Below, piece by piece: positions 34,675 to 42,471 of a stretch of 64,000 nucleotides of DNA. Within the stretch, counting starts at the first letter, position 1. Every line of letters begins with the position of its first letter. A program made the position numbers and the translations under genes. Under the pieces are notes generated by a model. It saw only the letters and a program-made list of their open reading frames with translations, searched no databases and was not told the DNA's origin. The DNA is from Planctomycetota bacterium (GTDB taxonomy: Bacteria > Planctomycetota > UBA1135 > UBA2386): NCBI GenBank assembly GCA_020638695.1, contig JACKIB010000004.1, positions 136,631 through 200,630 of the forward strand, given 5' to 3'.

Positions 34675-34730
34675 CGACCCCACGACCCCACGACCCCACG
34701 ACCCCACGACCCCACGACCCCACGACCCCG
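34675..34730. repeat. Octanucleotide microsatellite (CGACCCCA) x7
   Basis: Six perfect units plus one ending in G, located exactly where unit 3 stops matching units 1 and 2. Confidence 0.95.
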
Positions 34731-34897
34731 GATCCCGAGACGAACAAGCCTCGCCCCCTGCTGCACCGCGCCGCCCCACAACTTTCCGCGAACTCGCGAC
34801 GCGGCATGCGAACGCTCGGGCTAGTCTCCAGAGCCCCTTGCGGTCCGAACCGGACGAGACCGAATCGATCGAGCCACGTTGTGAAGAGGACATACCC

Positions 34898-35800
34898 ATG
34901 AGTTCGGTGCTGGTCGTCGGCTCCACCGCATTCGATTCCATCGAAACCCCGTTCGGGTCGCGCGAGCTCTGCCTCGGCGGTTCGGCGACCTACTTCAGTC
35001 TGGCGGCGCGGCTGTTCACCTCCGTCGAGCTGGTCAGCGTGGTTGGGGACGACTTCCCGGACGAGCACCGGCAGCTGCTGCGCTCGTGCGGTGTCGACTT
35101 GCAGGGGCTGGAAACCAAGCCCGGCAAGACGTTCTCCTGGAGTGGGCGCTACTCCGCGGACATGAACAGTCGTGAGACGCTCGACGTGCAGCTCAACACC
35201 TTCGGCGATTTTCGTCCGGCGGTGCCAGCGGCCTACCGGGACTCCGCGTTCGTGTTCCTCGCCAACGGTGCGCCGAGCACCCAAGCGTCGGTGCTCGACC
35301 AGATGGGCGGCACCACGTTCTCGGTGGCGGACACGATGAACCTGTGGATCGACTGCGCGCGCGACGACCTGCTCGGGTTGCTCGAGCGGATCGATGGGCT
35401 GATCGTCAACGACGAAGAGGTCAAGATGTTGACCGGCGAGTCCAACCTGATTCGCGCCGGGCGCAAGGTCCTGGACCTCGGGCCCAAGTTGGTCATCGTC
35501 AAGAAGGGCGAGCACGGCTCGTTCCTGTTCAGCAACTACTTCCAGTACGCCCTGCCGGCCTACCCGACCGACGTGGTAGTCGATCCCACCGGAGCGGGCG
35601 ACAGCTTCGCCGGTGGGTTCATGGGGTTCGTCGCCGAGTGCGACAGTCTGAGTTTGTGGAACATGAAGCGGGCGATGGCCTACGGCACCGTGTGCGCGAG
35701 CCTCACGGTGGAGGGCTTCGGCGTGGACGCGATCGCCGCCGCCAACCGCGAGCGGCTCGAGCGGCGTTACCAAGACCTGATTCAGTTCGTCTCGCTCTAG
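34898..35800 (+). CDS. PfkB-family carbohydrate/nucleoside kinase
   Basis: ATG 34898 is preceded by GAAGAGGA. Starts MSSVLVVGSTAFDSIETP, has a GGSATYFS di-Gly region, and the C-terminal motif DPTGAGDSFAGGF typical of ribokinase/PfkB kinases. Confidence 0.8.
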   Translation: MSSVLVVGSTAFDSIETPFGSRELCLGGSATYFSLAARLFTSVELVSVVGDDFPDEHRQLLRSCGVDLQGLETKPGKTFSWSGRYSADMNSRETLDVQLNTFGDFRPAVPAAYRDSAFVFLANGAPSTQASVLDQMGGTTFSVADTMNLWIDCARDDLLGLLERIDGLIVNDEEVKMLTGESNLIRAGRKVLDLGPKLVIVKKGEHGSFLFSNYFQYALPAYPTDVVVDPTGAGDSFAGGFMGFVAECDSLSLWNMKRAMAYGTVCASLTVEGFGVDAIAAANRERLERRYQDLIQFVSL

Positions 35801-35925
35801 TGCCCCGCGTCCGGAGTTCGCAGCACATGTACCCGGCCATTCGATCCGCTCGCTGCGTTGCTGCTCCTCAGCTTGTCCACCAACAAGCCGTGTCGTCGCA
35901 GCGCCTTGCGCGCGAATCGACTGAC
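35801..35925 (+). mobile_element. Repeat element Y, right-truncated copy
   Basis: About 125 bp alignable to 6614-6740. It starts immediately after CTAG 35797-35800, which contains the PfkB-kinase stop codon. Confidence 0.55.
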
Positions 35926-36066
35926 GCAGCCACATTTGCTCACGCCACTCGCCTGGCCGCGCCAGCTCTCGCGCGATCTGCTGACGTGCTCGATTGCGTG
36001 CGAGGCGCGGTGACGTAGCACGCTTGCCGCGCCGCGGTGTGGCGGTTACGTTGCTGCGTCCCCCCG

Positions 36067-37278
36067 ATGCTGGACCTCTTGCAGGAGACCTGGGACCGGA
36101 TCCAGCCCGACCTCGAGGTAGCGGTCGGCGCGGCGGCGTTCCAAGCCTGGTTGGCACGGCTGCGGCCGTTGGCCCTGGAGCGCAGCGTGTGCTACCTCGA
36201 GGCCGAGAACCGGATGATCTGTGACCGCGTCCAGCAGCTGTACACGCCGCTGCTCGAGGAGCGGTTGTCGCTCGCCATCGGAACGCGCATCGCGGTGCAC
36301 GTGACGCCCGCGCCGGAATCGCTGCTGCCGGACGTGCTCGAGGTCTCGCCGAGCACCCCGGTGGTCGATGCCAGCAACAAGACCGCGTTCCTCGTGCTGC
36401 AGAGCTTGGCGGCTGGTCGCTGCGAAGTTCCGGCGCACTTGTTCGTGTTCCACGGGCCGACCGGGGTCGGCAAGTCGTACCTGCTGCGCTGGTGGCGGGA
36501 TGCCACCCGTTCCCGCTGCCCGCTGCACGACGGCTTGTCGCTGCGCAAGGCGTTCCAGTTGAAGGTGCGGGACCACCGGGTCGAGCAGTTGCTCGACGAA
36601 CTGACCGCGGTCGAAGTGCTGGTGGTCGACGGCATCCACCGATTCGCAGGACACCGGCGGGCCCAGTCGGAGTTGGCCAAGGCGCTGCGGCTTCGCCAAG
36701 AGGCGGGTGCGCTGACGTTGGTCACCTCGCGGTTCGCGCCGCGCGACATCCGCGAGATCGATGCCGGCCTGTCGAGCCTGCTGCTGAGCGGATTCGTCAC
36801 CGAGATCCGTCCGCCGGGCCACGGAGCGCGGCTGCACTTCCTGCGTGCCCTCGAAGGAGCGCCGTCCCGCAACGGACGCGCCGCCGCGATCGAGACCATG
36901 GCCCGCGACCTGCGCGGTAGCTACTCCGACCTGCAGCAGGCGTGGACTGCCGAGCACCACAGCCTGCAGCACCACGCTCGATCGAACTACCTGCGGCTCA
37001 TCGATCCGGGGCGGGAGTTCCGGCGCCTGCGCGACTTGGTGTGCGAGCGCCTCGGCGTGAGCGACGCGGAGTTGATGGGCAAGTCACAGGTGCGGCGGGT
37101 CAGCCTGGCGCGTCAGGCGTTGGCGCTGCTCGCGGTGCGCCAGGGCCTCAGCCAGGCAGAAGTCGGGCGCCACCTCGGCGGTCGTTCCCGCGCATCCATC
37201 AGCTACGCGATCCAGGCGATCGAGAAGCGCATGGCAGAGTCGGCGCGGATCCGCGAGATGGTGGAGGGGTTGCTTTGA
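36067..37278 (+). CDS. Divergent DnaA-like AAA+ protein with C-terminal DnaA-type HTH
   Basis: Walker A GPTGVGKS, Walker B VLVVDGIH, LVTSRFAP, and C-terminal RRVSLARQALALLAVRQ..VGRHLGGRSRASISYAIQAIEKR resembling DnaA domain IV. Several canonical DnaA residues are replaced (see findings). Confidence 0.7.
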   Translation: MLDLLQETWDRIQPDLEVAVGAAAFQAWLARLRPLALERSVCYLEAENRMICDRVQQLYTPLLEERLSLAIGTRIAVHVTPAPESLLPDVLEVSPSTPVVDASNKTAFLVLQSLAAGRCEVPAHLFVFHGPTGVGKSYLLRWWRDATRSRCPLHDGLSLRKAFQLKVRDHRVEQLLDELTAVEVLVVDGIHRFAGHRRAQSELAKALRLRQEAGALTLVTSRFAPRDIREIDAGLSSLLLSGFVTEIRPPGHGARLHFLRALEGAPSRNGRAAAIETMARDLRGSYSDLQQAWTAEHHSLQHHARSNYLRLIDPGREFRRLRDLVCERLGVSDAELMGKSQVRRVSLARQALALLAVRQGLSQAEVGRHLGGRSRASISYAIQAIEKRMAESARIREMVEGLL

Positions 37279-37901
37279 ACCGCGGTCTCTACCTCGTGCT
37301 CGAGGGTGGCGACGGCAGCGGGAAGACCGAGCAGGGACGCCGCCTGAGCGGTTGGCTGGCGGAGCGTGGCCACACCGTGCGGCACCTGCGCGAGCCGGGT
37401 TCGACTGCGGTGGGGGAAGCGCTGCGCCGACTGCTGCTCGACCCGCGGACCGGCGGGTTGTTGCCGCTGACCGAGGCGCTGTTGTTCTCAGCGGCGCGTG
37501 CCGAGATGTTGCGCACCGAGGTCGAGCCGTTGGTCCGCGGTGGCGGAGTCGCGGTGGTGGAGCGGTGCTACTTGTCGACCTTGGTCTACCAGGGGCTGGC
37601 CAGTGGCGTCGCGCTGCCGTTGCTGCGTGAGTTGACCGACGCGGTGCACGGTGCGCTGTGGCCCGATCGGATCTTCTTGCTCGACGTGGACCCGTCGACC
37701 CGCCGGCAGCGGGCCGATGCCGCGGGCAAACAGGACCGGTTCGAGAGCCGCGACGAGTCGTTCCACCGTGCGGTGCGCGAAGGCTACCGCGAGCTCGGTG
37801 GCGCGGCAGTTCACGAGATCGATGCGCGGGGCTCGATCGAAACCGTGCACGCGGAACTGCGGCGGCAGGTCGAAGGCCTGTTGGCGGAGCGATCGGCGTG
37901 A
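37275..37901 (+). CDS. tmk: Thymidylate kinase
   Basis: TTG 37275 overlaps the preceding stop (TTGA). P-loop LEGGDGSGKT, then EPGST, and LLFSAARAE..V(E)RCYLST, typical of dTMP kinase. Confidence 0.85.
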   Translation: MNRGLYLVLEGGDGSGKTEQGRRLSGWLAERGHTVRHLREPGSTAVGEALRRLLLDPRTGGLLPLTEALLFSAARAEMLRTEVEPLVRGGGVAVVERCYLSTLVYQGLASGVALPLLRELTDAVHGALWPDRIFLLDVDPSTRRQRADAAGKQDRFESRDESFHRAVREGYRELGGAAVHEIDARGSIETVHAELRRQVEGLLAERSA

Positions 37902-38872
37902 GCGCGTTGATCGGACAGGGTGAGGGCTACGCGCGGCTGCGGGTCGCGGCGCGCCTTCGTCGAATGCACCACGGACTGCTCGTCACGGGACCCGCGGGCT
38001 CCGGGAAGTCGACGGCAATCGACGAACTCGCCGCCGCGGTGCTGTGTGCGGACGAGTCCGACCGTTCTGCTGACGCGGCGTGTGGCGAGTGTCCGGCATG
38101 CCGCGCGGGCGCGGCCCACCCGGATCTGTTCCGCGTCGAGATCCCGGAGGACAAGGACGAAATCCCGGTCGACTCGGTGCGCGAGCTGCGCGCCAGCCTG
38201 ATGCGCTTGCCGGTATTCGGCCGCGCTCGGGTCGCGGTGCTGGATCCGGCGGACGGGCTCAACCTGCAGGGGCAGAACGCGCTCCTCAAGACGCTCGAAG
38301 AACCGGGCCGCGACACGTTCCTGTTGCTCGGCACCAGGCGGCCGGAGGCACTCCTCGACACCGTGCGGTCCCGCATCGCCGTGCTGCTTATGCGGACGTT
38401 GCCCGAAGAGCAGGTGCTGGCGCGTCTCGCCGCGCTCGAACCCGAGGTCGAGCCGGCGGATCGGCGCTGGGCCGCCGGTCTGGCCGAGGGCTGTGTCGGT
38501 CAGGCCCGTGCGTTTCTCGGTGAAGAAATCCGGCCACTATATGTGGCGCTCCAGGACTTCCTGGCTGGCCGCGGCGGCACCGCGATCCAAGTCGCGCGTG
38601 CCGCGTTGCTCGGCGTCTCGGGGCGAATCCCGACTCTCCACAGAGCCCGTCAGGTCTTGTGGATCCTGCGCACGTTGCTGCGGAACGCGTTGTGGAAGGT
38701 GCTTGCCAGTGCCGACGCAGCTCCATACTCTGCCGGCGCTTCGGCTGCATGCACCCTGTTGGAAACACTGCTCGACGCGGAGTCGGACCTGGCCCAGCGG
38801 ATCCCGCCGGAACAGGTGCTTGTCCACGTGTTGCTCACCGTGGATCCACAGGATTCCACTGCCATCCGGTAG
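37898..38872 (+). CDS. holB: DNA polymerase III delta-prime subunit (clamp-loader AAA+)
   Basis: GTG 37898 overlaps the tmk stop (GTGA). HHGLLVTGPAGSGKST, Cys cluster CGECPACRAG, NALLKTLEEP and SRI(A) motifs. Confidence 0.75.
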   Translation: MSALIGQGEGYARLRVAARLRRMHHGLLVTGPAGSGKSTAIDELAAAVLCADESDRSADAACGECPACRAGAAHPDLFRVEIPEDKDEIPVDSVRELRASLMRLPVFGRARVAVLDPADGLNLQGQNALLKTLEEPGRDTFLLLGTRRPEALLDTVRSRIAVLLMRTLPEEQVLARLAALEPEVEPADRRWAAGLAEGCVGQARAFLGEEIRPLYVALQDFLAGRGGTAIQVARAALLGVSGRIPTLHRARQVLWILRTLLRNALWKVLASADAAPYSAGASAACTLLETLLDAESDLAQRIPPEQVLVHVLLTVDPQDSTAIR

Positions 38873-39070
38873 GGGAGAGTCATGCGCCGGCGCCATCGGT
38901 GATGGCGAGGGGGTCGGGCACGTGGATCCGGACCATCGGGGTAGGTCAGCCCCGCGGTCCTCGGATCGTGTCTGACGGCAGCTGGATGGGACAGCTGCCA
39001 CTTCAGGGCGGGTCGCTGATGGTCGATAGAGCCCCCCGCGGGCAGGTCGAACCATCGGAGGTACCCCTAG

Positions 39071-39493
39071 ATGTCGTTTTCGGATGGAATCGAGGAGCGG
39101 GTTGCGCAGATTCGCCGGCGCGACCGTCGCTACGCGCGCAACGGCTACTACTTCGTCCTCGACGCGCTGGACTACACCATCGAAGCGCTGGGGCGCGACC
39201 AGCACACCGGTGAGAGTCGCCACGTCGGTGGCCGCGAGCTGCTGCTCGGGCTGAAGGAGTTGGCCGCGACGCAGTTCGGGCCGTTGGCCACCGTGTGCCT
39301 CGAGCGCTGGGGCATCCGCACCACCGAAGATGTGGGCGAGATCGTGTTCAACCTCATCGATTGCGGCCTGCTGAGCCGCCGCCCCTCGGACTCCCGACTC
39401 GACTTCGCCGACGGGTTCGACTTCGCGCGGACCTTCGAGGAGAAGTTCCGCGAACGCCTCGAGGCGATCAGCCAGGCGGAGTTCGTCCTGTAG
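39071..39493 (+). CDS. Conserved hypothetical cytoplasmic protein (140 aa)
   Basis: ATG is preceded by GGAGG. The product (YYFVLDALDYT.., HVGGRELL.G, FNLID.GLL) resembles a small family I recall from PVC-group genomes. No function known. Confidence 0.6.
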   Translation: MSFSDGIEERVAQIRRRDRRYARNGYYFVLDALDYTIEALGRDQHTGESRHVGGRELLLGLKELAATQFGPLATVCLERWGIRTTEDVGEIVFNLIDCGLLSRRPSDSRLDFADGFDFARTFEEKFRERLEAISQAEFVL

Positions 39494-39511
39494 ACCGCGG
39501 CGCGTCCGCGC

Positions 39512-41851
39512 TCACTTGCGCCCGGGTGCCGGAGCCTTCGCCCCGGACTTGCCGGTGTCGAACCCGATCTTCAGCACGCTCTTGTAGGCGTCGAGCGTGC
39601 GGATGTCGGTCCCGCACTTGCCCAGCACCGTGCGCAGCGCTTCCTGCAGCTGGTTGTCCTCCTGGAAGTCGCCGAGCGCCCGACTTCCGGGATACGCCTT
39701 GCCGCGCAGGTCCGACACCTTGCCGCGGATCGCGTAACGCAGCCAGCGTCGCACGTCGTCGCGCGGCAGCGGAGTGTCCAGACCCTTGTAGAACTCCTCG
39801 AACCCGGGGTAGCGCTTCCAGTCGGCGCCGTCGCCTTCGGCCAGCTGCAAGAACAGTTGCTGCTGCGCGTCGATGTGCTTCGTGACGTAGGTGTTGAACA
39901 CGTCCTTGTCGAGCAGGTCGGTGATCACCGACTCCTTCCAGAGCTCCTTGGTCGGCGTGTCGCGCATCTCGAGCTGCTTGTCGGGCGTCACGCCCCAGTC
40001 TTCATTGAGCACCTTGCCGTGGATGTCGACTTGACGGTGTACGCAGCGTCCCTTCGGCAGGTAGTAGTAGGCGACCGTCAGCTTGATGCGCGGCCCGATG
40101 TCGTACACCCCGTTTTTGTTGGTGTCGGTGAACGGTTCGCCGGCGTCCCACTGGTGATTGCCGTTCTGGTCGACGAACGGCTCAGGTTCCTCGCACGCGA
40201 GCGGGAGCAGGCGCTGCACGCTGCCCTTGCCGAACGAGCGCTTGCCGACCAGCACCGCGCGGCCCAGGTCCTGCAGCGCGCCGGCGGTGATCTCCGACGC
40301 CGATGCCGAGCTGCCGTTGATCAGCACCGCGAGCGGCAGGTCCGGCGCAACTGGCTCACCGCCCGTGCGGTAGTCCTGGCGCGGGCCCTGACGTCCCGCG
40401 GTGTAGACCACCAGCTGGTTGCGGGGCACGAACAAGCCGACCACGTCGCGCGCTTCCTCGAGGTAGCCGCCGGTGTTGTTGCGCAAGTCGAGCACCAACC
40501 CGCGCGCGCCGCGGCGGGTCAGGTCGCGCAGCGCCTTCTCCAGTTCGTCGGCCGTCGTGCTACCGAACCGCAGCACTTCGGCGTAGCCGATTCCTCCGGG
40601 CAGCAGGTCGTGGTTGACCGACGGCACGTGGATGATGCGGCGGGTGATGGTGATGTCCTTCGGTTCGCGCCAGCCGCGCCGCATCACCTTGATCTTCACC
40701 GGCGTGCCGTCCTTGCCCTTGAGCCGCGCGATGATCTCGTCGGAGTTGTGGCCGTGCGTCTCCCAACCGTCGACCTCGAGGATCTTGTCGCCGGAACGCA
40801 GGTTCGCGGCGTACGCCGGGCCGGAGTAGATCGGTCGCAGGATCGAGAACACGTCGTCGGCGTCGAAGTCGACGAATGCGCCGATCCCGCCGTATTCGCG
40901 GTTGAGGTCGAAGAAGAACTGCTGGTACTGCTTGGAGCTGAAGTAGGTCGAGTAGCGGTCGAGCGAGCGCAGCAGCCCGCGCGCGGCGTTCTCGATCAGC
41001 TCCTTGTGCGGCACCTTGTCGCCGCGGATGTGGCTGCGGTCGACTCGGGCCAGGATCTCCCGCAGCAGTGCGAGTTCCTTGTCGGCACCGCTCGCAACCG
41101 AGCTGCCGCCATCGAGTCGGCGCAGCATCGCGTCGAAGGTGCGCCGCTGGTTCTCGATCCGCAGATACGAACTCGCCAAGCGCCCGTCGGCGGTCGGTTC
41201 GTCGGCGATCTCGCGCAGTACCGGCCAGCCCGGGCCGTCCGGCCCGTCGTTGATCTCGGCGAGTCCCAGCGCGCCCATCACCTTGAGCCGCGGGTCCGAC
41301 GACGTCACGAAGTCCTTGAGCACCCGCTTGGCCAGCGCTTGCTCCGCTGCGGTGCCGATCCGCCACAGCGCCTTGGCGGCGGCCACCCGCACCGCCGGCG
41401 CGGTCAGATCGTCGGCGACCCGCGGCTGCACCGACTTGCGCAGATCGGGTAGCGAGCGACGGTCGAAGTATGCGTCGCGCGCCACCAAGGCCAGCGCCGC
41501 CTGCAGCACCCCCGCGTCCTTGCTGCCGAGCACCGGTTGGAGGGCGGCGAGGATGTCGGTGCTGAACTCGGTGCCCTCGCTGATCTCCTGCAGGGCGCGG
41601 GCGGCGGCCAGGCGCGCCTTGTCGCCGCCGCGCGGCAGCTCGCGGCGGATCGCCCCGGCGATCGCTTCCTCCTTGCCCTTGATCTCGCCGATCCGCCGGC
41701 CGAACTCCCACACCTGCTCCACCGATCCCTGGTCCGCCCGCCGCAGCAGCGCGGCGACCTCGGCGCCGGTGTCCTGGGCCGGCGCCACCGAACACAGCAG
41801 CAGTGCCGGGAGCGCGAGGAGGGTCCTGCGGAAGGTCAGGTCGAGCAACAT
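39512..41851 (-). CDS. S41 C-terminal processing peptidase with N-terminal HEAT-like region and PDZ domain
   Basis: Signal MLLDLTFRRTLLALPALLLCSVAPAQD and about 270 aa of helical repeats. Also a PDZ (LRSGDKILEVDG), the S41 core VLDLRNNTGGYL, and LINGSSASASEITAGALQDLGRAVLVGKRSFGKGSVQ. Confidence 0.85.
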   Translation of the reverse strand: MLLDLTFRRTLLALPALLLCSVAPAQDTGAEVAALLRRADQGSVEQVWEFGRRIGEIKGKEEAIAGAIRRELPRGGDKARLAAARALQEISEGTEFSTDILAALQPVLGSKDAGVLQAALALVARDAYFDRRSLPDLRKSVQPRVADDLTAPAVRVAAAKALWRIGTAAEQALAKRVLKDFVTSSDPRLKVMGALGLAEINDGPDGPGWPVLREIADEPTADGRLASSYLRIENQRRTFDAMLRRLDGGSSVASGADKELALLREILARVDRSHIRGDKVPHKELIENAARGLLRSLDRYSTYFSSKQYQQFFFDLNREYGGIGAFVDFDADDVFSILRPIYSGPAYAANLRSGDKILEVDGWETHGHNSDEIIARLKGKDGTPVKIKVMRRGWREPKDITITRRIIHVPSVNHDLLPGGIGYAEVLRFGSTTADELEKALRDLTRRGARGLVLDLRNNTGGYLEEARDVVGLFVPRNQLVVYTAGRQGPRQDYRTGGEPVAPDLPLAVLINGSSASASEITAGALQDLGRAVLVGKRSFGKGSVQRLLPLACEEPEPFVDQNGNHQWDAGEPFTDTNKNGVYDIGPRIKLTVAYYYLPKGRCVHRQVDIHGKVLNEDWGVTPDKQLEMRDTPTKELWKESVITDLLDKDVFNTYVTKHIDAQQQLFLQLAEGDGADWKRYPGFEEFYKGLDTPLPRDDVRRWLRYAIRGKVSDLRGKAYPGSRALGDFQEDNQLQEALRTVLGKCGTDIRTLDAYKSVLKIGFDTGKSGAKAPAPGRK

Positions 41852-41979
41852 CGTGTCAGTTCCGGGTCAGGTGCGTGGTGGGCGGTCCACCGCGGGCCGC
41901 GTTCCTACCATCGACAGCAGCGTAGTCTACGGCTCGAGGATCGTGTGCCGCAGTGGTCGGCCGGGTAGCTTGTGCGGGA

Positions 41980-42471
41980 ATGTCCGAAAGCTCCAGCCAC
42001 CTCGACGACCGCGGCCAGGCGCGGATGGTCGACGTCTCGACCAAAGCGCCGACCACCCGTGTAGCGGTCGCCCGCGCTGCCGTCTGCATGCCCGCCGCGG
42101 TGCGCGCGGCCGTGCTCGATGGATCGCTACGCAAGGGTGAAGCCCTCGCGGTGGCGCGGCTCGCGGCGATCCAGGCCGCCAAGGAAACGCCCCGCTTGAT
42201 CCCACTGTGCCACCCGCTGCCGCTCACCGGCGTCTCGGTCGACCTCGAACCGGTCGGCGAGGACCGGATCGAGATCAGGGTCCGGGTGACCTGCACCGGA
42301 CCGACGGGCGTCGAAATGGAGGCGATGACCGGTGCGGCGGTGGGGGCGCTGGCCCTGTACGACATGTGCAAGTCGCTCGATCGCGGCATCGCGGTGCGCG
42401 ACGTGGAGTTGCTGCACAAGTCGGGTGGCAAGTCCGGGGTCTGGGATCGATCCCCGGTGGCGGCGTCATGA
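41980..42471 (+). CDS. moaC: Cyclic pyranopterin monophosphate synthase
   Basis: MVDVSTK, KGEALAVARLAAIQAAK.T..LIPLCHPL, and GVEMEAMTGAAVGALALYDMCK. Confidence 0.9.
   Translation: MSESSSHLDDRGQARMVDVSTKAPTTRVAVARAAVCMPAAVRAAVLDGSLRKGEALAVARLAAIQAAKETPRLIPLCHPLPLTGVSVDLEPVGEDRIEIRVRVTCTGPTGVEMEAMTGAAVGALALYDMCKSLDRGIAVRDVELLHKSGGKSGVWDRSPVAAS

Larger units (their letters stand above)
30925..34675 (+). mobile_element. Tandem array of three ~1.37-kb RAYT (Y1/HUH transposase) units with flanking hairpins
   Basis: The marker ACATGTGAAAACATTGAAGCGTGACTTG occurs at 31229, 32390 and 33764. The ORF stops are at 31774, 33148 and 34522. Period is 1374 bp (the first unit is 214 bp shorter). The boundaries are approximate. 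Confidence 0.85.

Noticed and set aside
30925-34730. Possible CRISPR array, because of regularly spaced identical palindromes
   Set aside because: The period is ~1.37 kb, not 60-80 bp. The 'spacers' are themselves repeated and contain a transposase ORF. No cas genes are present in the window.
34610-34897. Microsatellite translated as a PHDPTTPR repeat at the N-terminus of the listed ORF 34610..35800
   Set aside because: The kinase has a good internal start (ATG 34898 with GAAGAGGA upstream) and a canonical PfkB N-terminus. The upstream part crosses hairpin B3 and the 8-nt repeat, so copy changes would shift the frame.
35801-36066. oriC with DnaA boxes upstream of the DnaA-like gene (TTGTCCACC in element Y at ~35873, also at ~6686)
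   Set aside because: There is only one 7/9 match to TTATCCACA, and it belongs to a repeated mobile-like element. I saw no cluster of boxes, no AT-rich unwinding element, and no dnaN/gyrB context.
41852-41979. Moco riboswitch upstream of moaC
   Set aside because: I could not recognise the conserved Moco-motif helices or loops by eye in the 128-bp leader. A covariance-model search (Rfam Moco RNA motif) would be needed.
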